This document shows, one piece after another, positions 11,020-22,500 of a stretch of 64,000 bases of DNA. Position 1 is the first letter of the stretch. Every line of letters begins with the position of its first letter. A program made the translations under genes and the position numbers. The stretch spans positions 62,001-126,000 of the forward strand of contig JAQGDQ010000553.1 in NCBI GenBank assembly GCA_030141605.1. The letters are read 5' to 3'. Source of the DNA: Tubiluchus corallicola. Taxonomy: Eukaryota > Animalia > Priapulida. The notes below the pieces were generated by a model. The model did not search any database, was not told where the DNA came from, and saw only the letters and a list, made by a program, of their open reading frames with translations.

Positions 11020-12734
11020 ATTGTATCTTATAACAAGAAAGCTCTGAAGCACACACCAAATTCATCTCTTCGACTCTCATATTACAAGAACCAATTAGAG
11101 ATTACGCCATTAAAAGCTGAATGGTTTGATGAACCGTATGTGCGTGACCTTTGACCTGGAGATAAGACTCGGGCATGTAACCTCAAATTATCTCTGACTT
11201 AAAATCAGCAGCACTCTATCAAAGATGTAGATTTACCTTAAAAATAATTGCAACATTCACATCACTTGCTACAGTCACACACTTAAGATTTTTGGAATAA
11301 CTCTTACAGTATGTCATTAATGGTGTCATTTCTATGTTTAGTTCAGCTTTATGCAATATTTTGCCGCTCGAAGAATTAATGCTTGCTGCCCTGAGGCCGG
11401 CAATGGCTCTCGACAGCCCAGGATATTACTAGCATTTTTCAAGACCACAACAAAAACCAGAGACTCACAATTCTTTCTTATACAGTCTGCTGCAGTGCAG
11501 CTCAAATGTCAGTGGTTGTGCCAGAACTGGAACCTAAATCATTATCAGGACTAAACATATAAGATAAGACACTAAACCGTTCAACTGGCTGAAGAATCAT
11601 AACGAGTTTGGAAGTGAGTATATCCTTTGCCTTTGAGGTAAACAGCCTGAATCATTCTCAGCAGAGCAAATGAAATGACAAAAACGTATTGAACCTTAAT
11701 AATCACAAACCGATCACTGACAATCCACAATGTTGTTTAACTTCAGTTGCGAAATACGCTGTGACCTCTCAGCTACTCACCTTGTCTCAGCCTACAGGAA
11801 AACAATAAATACTAGCATTAACAGCAAGACATTATGAGCTGTCCATACCAGTGTCTACTCTCAACGTTAGCTGTACATTTGTCGTCCTTAAGTTGACTTA
11901 CTGGTATGGTTTTCATAACAAAAAACGTACGTGCAATGGGCAGTGAGCCGACTTGTATATTTTGTCATTAACGTTTTTTGAGGTTGTTAAGATGAATGTG
12001 AATGCTTCCTAGGAAGCAAAGGAAATATGGAACAAGTCTAACAATCAAAGAATAAACATCCTAGTTCAATAAAGCTACGTGTTTAAAAGTAATGAAATGA
12101 AACTAGCACAAAATTTCTTCTGTTTACTGTAGTCTTCGAGAAAGTACCACTCACACACGAAAATTCAGCACTGCCAAGCTCAACACAAAAAAGACATAAC
12201 AGGTTATTCTCACTCTATTTCCTCAACTTCAATCATATATTTACAAGTCAGAAAACAACAATACTTCCCAGTGCAAAATGTTAAAAATGGCAATGCATAA
12301 AGCACTAAAGATATTCACAAAATACAATAATAAAGTTAATGCGTGCCTGATATATAATTTCGATTTCACAATCAATAGTGCTACTGCTACTAGTAAATTC
12401 AGCCTGATTTACACTAAATTTTATTAAGTGACTGATTTACACGCCATAACACAAAATGTATGACAGTTATTAACTTAAAATTATTATGGTTTAATGTATA
12501 TGATTTATTTACTTTTAATTTTAGTGTGAATTGGTCTTAGAACTTTAATTCCAATTTACTTCTTTAGTTTGTACACATCAGCATTAAAAGTTCAAAGGTC
12601 ACGTAAATAAAAAGAATGACTTGATTTCTGACCCGCAATTCAATTTCAAGCGAATGCTAAAATTAAAACAGCTCTAATAAGAAAAAAATGCACGGTGAAC
12701 ATTGTTAAGAAGAAAATTTCAGAATATTCATTAC

Positions 12735-13085
12735 CGTACAACAAAATAGTTAGTTTGTTCAAATTCTTGCACTTTTAGCGGTTTTGTTTAATTTAATTTT
12801 TTGGTTTGAATTTGCAGCTAGGTTTACGCGTACTGTATTCTGGGAAAACTACAAGCTAGAAGTTGGAAACACAGCATTCGTGCAAGAGAAGAATTTGTGG
12901 GTATGATTCTTTTTTGTATAACAATTTGCAGCTAATTTTGAGATGAAGAACGTACTAAATTTCATTGCAACGCTACTACATGATTTTCTGATGTGATAGT
13001 TATTGGCATTTTGCTGTATGAGTGCCTGCAAATAGAACGTCAAAAACGCGCGCATTAAACATGAGTTGCATTACAGGTTGTGAGG
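12735..13085. promoter_or_regulatory. Putative bidirectional promoter and first-exon region shared by Derlin-2 (-) and SETD1 (+)
   Basis: The genes are head-to-head. There is a minus-strand donor (ACG|GTAATG at 12734-12733), a plus-strand donor candidate (GAG|GTACTG near 13085) and local CpG motifs (TTTACGCGTA, AAAACGCGCGC). Inferred, not proven. Confidence 0.45.
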
Positions 13086-13578
13086 TACTGTAGCCAGTAG
13101 CCAATATCAGTAATGGTTAAAACTATTATGAATGATAAAGTGCGATGATCCTAAAATGTCTGAAATTACTTCAATGAGCGCTAACTTTGTGCGTAGGAAA
13201 TTTTATTAAGTAAATTAAAATCGTTTGCTGAGTTTAAACTTGTTCGTACTGATAATTAAATTATGTTTTATTTTGCAGGTAAACATTGTCAAAGTTTGCG
13301 ATGGATTCATAACGGTTGACTGGCAAGTGGATGAGTTATTAGCTATGTATTAACTAACCAATGGCAATACATCAATGAAACCAGCTTGATCGAGGTTTCA
13401 TGTGCACACGGGTATGCTTACTAAAAACATGCATTTATTGTTACCAGGAGTTTGGAAAATACTATATATGTGGATTAACTTGACTATATTTATTGTATTA
13501 CAAAATCTAGTAATTTTAGAATTTGTCATATTATATGCTTAATTTTTTTGTGGATTAAACATTGTTCTGTTTTCAGAT

Positions 13579-16500
13579 ATGAACGGTACACAGCAGCACC
13601 CTACCAGCAGTGTTTCACATAGTCACCACCATGGCCACAGTAAACACTCTAGTGTGCCACATCCACCACCTGATTGGAAAGCCTTCAAACTCGTTTCAGA
13701 TCCACTACTAAGAAAGGGCGCAAAAAAGTTGGAGAGATATGATGGCATTGTCGCAGTAAGTTATAGTTATTTATCAATAGGCATTTACATAGGACAAAAA
13801 GTTATTTAGTATGTACAGTCAAACCTCCTTATAATGCCCTGCCTTATAATGCCAACCTCGCTTAACACCCACATTTTTAGCAAAACAAAATGTCTTTATT
13901 TGTAGACATGTATGTATTAATTCACCTCGTTATATAATGCCAAGTTTTTTGCAGTTCCAAAGTAGGCAGTATAAACAGGTTTTGCTATACTTGAAAGTTA
14001 ACATGAATATCATTAATATATATCTTGACTAAAGCAACCACTCTTAGCTAATTAGCTTTACTTATGATATATATTAATGATTTAAAGTTTTATTGTTAGT
14101 TTGCCCCTGAAATAAAATTTTATAAAACTTTTTTATCTAGCATGGGCATCGGCAAGTTGAGGTTGAAGATCCTCGTTCACGTCTCACAAGAATATGGAAA
14201 CCTGAACCTGCTGTTCTTCCAGTGCCAAAGTTTAAGGTAATACATGCCTATATAGTAACAGGATGGTACATGACTTTTTGCATGGTGATATAGGAAAAAT
14301 GAGTAACAGTACAGAATAATTGTTACAGCAAACTATTGCTCAAACAATAGCAAATCTATCTCAAAGTTTGATGTGAAAGCCTTGTGCAACTTGCACAATC
14401 TGCAGCCTAATGCACCCTAGAGGGCATAATCAGTGCAGTGGCCTGAAACCTCCGAGATTATTTTTTTCCATTAAACGGAATAACCTGCAAATGAACCTCA
14501 ACACCGCATATTGGAGCTATCCTGAAACATAAAGTGGGCGCTAAAATGATAAAAACGTGCCATTGGTCAGTATTCAATAGACAAACTTGTGAGACATCTG
14601 CAAGATGTGATTGAGGATTTTCAATTCTTCAAATCATTGCCCCAATCACACCCCTCAAGACTGTGAGCTGCGCAAAGTGTACAACACTTCCACATCAAAC
14701 TTTGAGGGTGTGGTAGATTCACTATTGTTTGAGCAGCACCTTGATATAATAAATTATTCTTTGCTGTTACTCATTGCGTCTGTTTGTGTTTCCATCGGGT
14801 ACTCTGGTACTCACCTGCATTGTTTATTACCCGAGACTGATATCTCTACCTGGTTCTGACAGTGAAAATGCAGACAATATTATTAATAGGATATCCACTG
14901 TTTAAGAATTCATTTAAAATTTAAATGCCACTTTCTGTGGCGTATTTGTACTGTACAACAGACACATATTCACAGACTATTAACAGCTGCACTGGCACAT
15001 TGCCAACCTGTGCTAAAATACTAGATTTGGCCTTTAGTAAATTATTATATGAAATGCTGTATAGTAGTGTAATTCAGCATTAGCAAGCCAGCAACGATTA
15101 TATCTCTATCAGTTTCAAGCGCATAGCAGATCAAACCATTTTGCTGAAGGGGTGACCTACGAAACTTTACCGAAAGCAAACTATAATTTCTGTGCTGTAG
15201 CTAATTCTCTGATAAGCGTGCAACACAAGTAATTAAGAAGTCTGGAAGATAAGGCAGTGCGGTGGCAAAACATTAGCTTTTGTGACTCGTAGCTCGTGTT
15301 CTGGACCTAAGCATGTAATAACTGAATGATTATTGCTAAGATAACAGTTAGTTGAAGTGCACCATTGGTTGTTTTTGCTTGCAAATATATATGATTACAA
15401 TTTATTCAATACCACTGAATCTTATCAGTCGGGTACCCAACCTTTATAAGGAAAAGGGTACTCAAGTCTGATTTTTGCTACTCGTATAAACACTAGTTTC
15501 TGTACTCCCTAGCAAAATTCACACAGTAACTTGGCTTGCTGCATTAAACCTGAACAAACTGAGCGATCACGTTTCCGTTTCTTATATAGTTTGCCGTAAG
15601 CAAAGCTAATGGTCAGTCAAGGTCATTGACTACATTTAGAAAGGGTCAAAGTGAGGGTCCAGCAATTAGAAAGTGTCAAAGTGAGCATTCAGAAAATTAA
15701 TATTGCAATGGTAAAATATATCTGTTGACAGTCTTCTTAAATCATTTGAGGTTGTAATTGAATGGCAAAGCACTTTTCTAATAAAGAATACCACAAGTAA
15801 GAGGCCCGACGAAAAAAATGTCTATCCTGCACATAGGATAGATTACGTAAAATTATGACATATAGTACTCCAAGCAAAGCTAGTTTTTCAGACAAAGTGT
15901 CAACATTTGACGAAACTGAATGCTAAGTCTTGAGGCAACTTTCATAAAAGTAGTGATATAAGAGACTCAATGTAGATTACAGTGTGGATTCCAGCCAAGG
16001 TTGGATAATTGATTTTGAAAGATCATGATCAGGAAGGAGAAATTTTTGAATCAGTACAGGCAATCAAAAGACCTCTTCTCTTACTCTTGCCCTAAAATGG
16101 CAGCTTGGTTTAAGCTTGGTTTGACATTTATGCTCAGATGACATCCTGTGACTTTCTCATAAAAGACTCCCTTTACAGACACTTAATCTGTCGCTTGAAA
16201 AACCAAATCTCTATTTGCAAAAAAATCTGTGCAAGTAGATTTAATGAAGAACAGTGTAAAACAATGTGTACTACATTGTTAATAAATTATTAGAAATAAA
16301 CTGACAGTGTTTTTAATGACCTTTCAACTTTTGTACCAAATTTTATATTTGACTAAAGTTTGCCAGTAACAAAGCAGCTGATGTACTGTTAGTTGTAATT
16401 TGGAAGTTGTTTCTGTTTTCATAAGCATCCTATTGTAGAAATCAGTTTGAACAGTTTGGAGGAAAAGGTGCACCTCTTGCTGCCAAAGTCGTGAAAGTTC

Positions 16501-19500
16501 GTCACCAGTACCAGTAGTCTAGTTACACATTTGCCCTGGTTTACATATTATGTAATTATAGTTTAATATGCATATAAAATATGATGTACTGGTGTAACCG
16601 TATTTTAATATGAATGAATATTATATACTATTTAATGCAGATTGACCAATTCTATGTGGGCAAGCCCCCACCAAGGGAACTTACTTTTTGTAATTTGAAT
16701 GACAACATCAGAGAGCCGTTTTTGGAGGACATGTGTAAGAAATTTGGGACATTGGAAGAGATCAAGGTAAGGTGAATTAATGAACTGATAACATAATAAA
16801 TTCCACCGAATTAAGATGTTTATTGTTATTTAGCCATAAAAGTAGTTAAAGTGCTCATTTATTTCCTAGAAAATTGTATAGCATAAACTAAGCAACATAA
16901 AATTTCCATGACGTCAATTGTTTTTTTTTCTTATATTACAGGTGTACTTTAATCCGCGCACAAAGAAGCATACTGGTATTGCCAAGGTTATGTTTGTTTC
17001 CACACTAGCTGCTAAAGCATGCCAGGAAAAGCTGAACAATACTTCTGTGATGGGCAAAACCTTGACTGTTTTCGTTGATGACTGGGGTATGATCTTCGTG
17101 TTCATTTTTTAATATTTTTTGCAATAATGTAGTTCACATCTGTGTTATTGTTAAAGAGGCTCATTAGGATATCCTCAGTGTTAAGGAATTTATGGCAATG
17201 ACTAAAATACAGTTACAGTTTACTTTATTTAATGCCAGTTTGGAGTACAAAAAACATTAGTCTGTAAAGACAATATTTAGACATAAACTCATAAACCATA
17301 GTATCCTGAATAAAAACATTACTTAAATTAAAATACTTTAAATCAGGTTATTTAAATTCAGATATCTTAAATACAACTTATCTTCTACATAATTCTTCAA
17401 CACAAATAAGTCTTTTTATTTGCTGTTCTGTGAAACTGCTGCTTAAGTTTTCATGTTCATAAGTTTCAGAATTCACTGTCTGTTTCTAAATTTAGGTAAA
17501 GTACGTGAAACGCTTCTGGAGGACTTGTGCTCGGACCGCCCACAAATTTTAGCCAGTTCGCCTGATTCTAGTTCCACCGTTAAGAACCAAATGCATCCGA
17601 ATGACCCGCGCGGCAGACATTCTGAAGAAACACCAGCGATGCGTACGCCTTCCAACCCTCTTGGCCTGGACGCGTTGGCACCTCCGGATGACAAAGTGCA
17701 CAAACTTGCCACTCAGTTAATACAAGCTACTCAGCTGATTCAAGCAAGGTCAAACAAGGGTGTCGCTAACCCGACGAAAGACACGTCACCCGTCCGGGAA
17801 AAATTTCTCGAACCATTATCCCGCGAAAAGTACAAGGGACATTTGCCATCTAACGAAAGGGAATCTGTTGTTTACTCAGAAAGAAGCGATAGGTACAGGG
17901 ATAAAAACTGGAGCAGACGTGGACGAGATAAAGATTATCACGAGAACGATTGGTACAACGACTACCATGATTACCACAGGCATAGAGAAAAATCTGGTGG
18001 ACATAGTGATTACAGAGACCGGCGTCACAGACATGATAAACACAGTGATAGACACCACCACCATCATCGTAGTGGACGTGATCATCGTGATCCTAGACAG
18101 AGAGACTATGTTGATGCTCATACACCTAGTGCTGGCTATGGTAGCCTAACACCGGCATCGGACATCAAGTCGGAAAACAGTCACCTGGATTCTCCGCATT
18201 CGTCTTCAATTTTGTCAGGTTATCATTCCAGTCAAATTACTCCCCGTGTTCCTAGCACACCGCAGTCTTATGATTTTGAGTCAAAAGTCCATGAACTTCA
18301 AGAAACTGAGAGACATTTTAAAGACGATAACAAGTCTTCAAAAAAGAAGTCTAAACGGTTAGACCTGGAAAGCAGAATTGAATCTTTGTTAAAAACTTCC
18401 AAAATGCTTCCAGGCGTGTCAAACTTCAGCAGCCCATCTGGTGACAGTCATTCTGAAGCTGGTAAAACTCCAGTTGAAGAATCTGAGCGTAAGCAACCAC
18501 ATACGCCTCCTCTGCCCGCTCCAGAGATTACGCCACCACCACCGCAACCTAATGACTTGCTAGGGAATCGTGTACACACGTCACAAGATTCGACGCCTTT
18601 GCAAGACGATGCAACACCAACGTATGATGAACTCAATGTCGATATTCCCGCTCCCGCTTATAGTCCGATAGGTAAACTGTCACCTGCAAACTCTACAAAG
18701 AATGACACGTCTGCACAGTCAAGCACTGCAATGGAAAAACTGCAGAATGCTGTGGAAATGCTGAAAAAACAAGTAACAGCTCGTGCTGTAAAATCTACAA
18801 AAAAATCTGATAGCTCCGGTTCAGACAAGATGAGCGTTTCACCACTAAGCAGCGATGAAACAAAGTTAGAGGTTACCTCCGGTGCACCTACCCTTAACTC
18901 ATTACCCCAACCACTACCGGGGATGCCATCTGGTTTATACCCCGTTTCGTTTATGCACATGTTTCACAGAACCGGCACTAATACACCCGCCTCAGTTGCT
19001 CAGCACAATCATTCGATGATGCCGGGCGTTGACCCAGTATTCATGCAGAATCAACAGTTTCAGGCTTCACTACCCCACGGTGCGCAGTGGAGACCTGGAA
19101 TGCAAAATCCCACACAGCCTCCCCTGTACATGTCTCAGTATGGCACAACTCCCTCTAATTACCCGCGATATTCTGCAAGTCATGGCGGACTACTCCCCTC
19201 TCCATCTACCTCACGATCTGGACCTGCATTGGGCACTACCGCTGAACACTTGTCATCATATCAAACGAGAGTGCTCCCAGGACGTGCAGGATTTTCTGGA
19301 TTTAGACCAATGAACCAACTGCCATTGGACACCAGCGTTCTACCTGACCATGTCAGTGAACAGGAGGTAAGCTTAAAACAGCATTACGCTACTTTGACTT
19401 TTCTTTCCTTTAATTTTAACGAATTATTCGGCATCTATGACGGATAGTGACATAATAAATTAATCGAATTAATTGCAATTACAACCATGTATAAATCGAT

Positions 19501-22500
19501 TTATTCAACCATTGAACAGTAATTCAATTAATCAAGGGCAAAATATACGTGTTGATGTACTGAACTTTTGCGTTTTTACTGAACCTTTGCGTTTTTTTTC
19601 TTCATTTTTCTTGTCTTCCACAATGCACACAATTACAAACCATAGTGTTGCAAACTGTGGGGTCATAGTGTGCAAGATTAATCGCCATGTCGAATTACAA
19701 GAACAAAATTATAATCGAATTGCAAAATTTCAAAATTGCCCATCACTAATGATGGAGTTGTCAAAAATAACTAATAAAGTTCATGGTAGAGGAACAAGAT
19801 TCGAGCCAATTCAAAGTTTGAATGGGGTGCTTTTAAAACATATAAGAGAATTTGCTGAACATTTGAACCATGGTGCTCTATTGGTAAAGAATATATACGT
19901 GTGAACGTACATATGACATTGATTGATAGCGTACTGCTAGGATGAGAATTCGGGTAGACCTGCTGTGTTATGTTGGTTCAGATAGTAGAGCGTACATCGT
20001 GAAGTCTCAAAGTTTTGCGTTCAAGTCCTGGTTAGGCCACAGTTAATTAACGGCTTCTTTGGTTATTAACCATTAGGCTAATTGGTAAAAGCATGATATC
20101 CCTTTTTACTCAATTGGCGCAAAGTTCAGGTTAAAATCCTACACAAGCTGACCATTTTTCAATATTTCTTTCAGTATTCAGAAATGTAAACCTGTAAATA
20201 ATTGACTTTAGTATTCAAACCTTTTTCATCATTTCAGAAATATGTTGCTCAAAATTTTTTTTATAATTGTATTACCTGTACATAACTCAAGTATAACTTT
20301 CTAAGACATTAAGGTAATGATCGAACTGACTTTGTATATGATATATCATATATAAAGTCAGTTTGATCATTACCTTAATGTCTTAGAAAGTTATATATAT
20401 ATATTATATATAATCATCTTCATTTGCACGTAAATTTAGAATTATATTTCACACAGATAATGTGTAAAACTCGTAAAACACCTTTTTTCTTATGCCTTTG
20501 GCTATTACTTGAATATAACTTAAATGTGGCAATAAGAATGAAATCTATTCTTCATTTGTAGACCAAAAAAGTGTAATAGTCATAACTGGCAATTTAGCTA
20601 TCCCACTGTTGGATATACCTGTAGGTGTTTATTTTTAATTTTGTTAGATATGGCTTATGGTTGGTGCTTTTTCTATAGAATTCTTATTGTAAGGTATTCA
20701 TTCGCAGGATCCACATGCTAAATCTGTTGAATGTGTCTTGGAAAAGTTTATCGATGATTTGAAGGAAGTCATGAAACGCGATCTTGGAAAGAGGATGGTA
20801 GAGTCATGTGCTTTTAAGGTTTTGGAGGAATGGTGGGACACGGAAGAGAAAAAGGCAAAAGCTTTCGTGGTAAGAATTGTAAATTAATTCTGCCTCAGTT
20901 TGATATTTATACTGGTGTTTTGCACTTAACAAACACAGTTTTTGCGGTGCATTCTTTTTAACTTTCAAATTTGATTTATGTTTGATTGTGCTGGAATGTC
21001 TTCAGGTACTCATCAACTACCAAATTCCACAATTCAATCTTTTTTTCAAGTTATAAATATCACATGCCCACTAAGGGCACATAAGTGTATTTTGAAATTA
21101 AGGCTGTTAACGATACGCCTAGGTCACGATACCATATATATTATGATACTAACCTCACGATACACCTTAACGTTTGCAGGTTTTATAAAAAATTAGATGA
21201 AGCCGTTGATAATAAATGCCAAAATAGCTCCACAAACTGTTTGATATTGACTTCTTACTTGTGTAATGTGTAGACTATTGTTTGCATTGTAAGCCACGAG
21301 ATACCACCAACCACACTGGTGCACTTTTGCAATAAAATATGTAACTATGCATCCATATTGTCACAGGCCTGTTTGAAATGACCATCAAGATTATGTGTTT
21401 AGCAATCAATCATACTTTCGAAGAATATCATATGACAACATCTACTGACTACAAATTTACTGCATTCTCTGTCTTATTAAACACGCCTAAATTTAATGGT
21501 TATAAAAATCTAAAGTACGGTTTACGTCATTACTGTTTTTACTTCTGCTTGTGCATGTTATAACATTTTGTACTTGAGCTTTGAACTTTTGTTATAGCCT
21601 ACAAAGTATAAAGAAGAACTCCAAAAAGATCTAGAAACTGCCGGCATGGAAGAGAAGCAGAAACCTCTTCCTCCTAAAGACACCAGCGCCACTTTGCAGT
21701 CGCTGTTCGATGCAGCGCATCCATGGCGAGAAGGTGGTTTTGGATTGTCGCAAGATTTTGGACTCGGAGTTGGATTGGGTCTCCGTGCTGCCATGCCAAA
21801 GATGCCGTCGTTCAAGGTATCAAGTTGAACTTGTGCCTGGCTTGTTTTCTTACTTTTGTAACGCTTGTCTATTCTAAGCAGGTCATCAGTAAACCAAGAA
21901 ATATTTATTGGATTGTGAACTTTACTTAACTACTAGAGTGGTTCCATATGTGCATTGACTGAATTAATTGAATTGACTCAACCGGTTTGTGCGTAATCTT
22001 TTTCTGGGGGTACATCAGTGTGTAATAGTATGGAATTTATTACATCAGAGCATTGCTGAATCATACTGATTTAGTATGGAAGCCTCGCATGACATGAATC
22101 ATACAGCCTGCAACCTTGAGAGTAGATCAGAGCAGTGACACGAAAATTCTGGGTTTTTTTTATCGAACTGAATTGCCTGGAAAGTCACTGTGGCTTAACC
22201 CCAACGAATACACTGAAACTATCCTGAAAGACAGAGGAAAGAGATAAGCTTGTGAAACATCTACGAGACATGTTGGATGACCATGAGTACTTTGGAGTTG
22301 GTGCTTATGACATAACTTTTTTAAGACTGCAGACAGTGCTGGATGCTTCAAGCTTCCAAACTAAATACTGAGGGCCCAATAGATTCGCTATTGCTTCAGA
22401 TATACTTTGTTGTAATATATTGTTCTGTATTCTTGCTCATTATATCTGAATCCCTTAAAAGGGTTATGTGCCACTCTGTACATGCAGGTTTTACATAAAC

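Noticed and set aside
17473-18960. Antisense and alternative-frame ORFs over the large SETD1 exon (similar ones overlap Derlin-2 and the last TBC1D10 exon)
   Set aside because: Shadow ORFs of real coding sequence with no recognisable domains.
19473-19904. 143-aa plus-strand ORF after the large SETD1 exon
   Set aside because: Mostly inside a hAT MITE, starts at TTG, and is not needed for the SETD1 reading frame.
19956-20044. Functional tRNA genes here and at 41.7, 43.9 and 53.6 kb
   Set aside because: A/B boxes are present but the acceptor and anticodon stems do not pair properly. They fit SINE heads or pseudogenes better.
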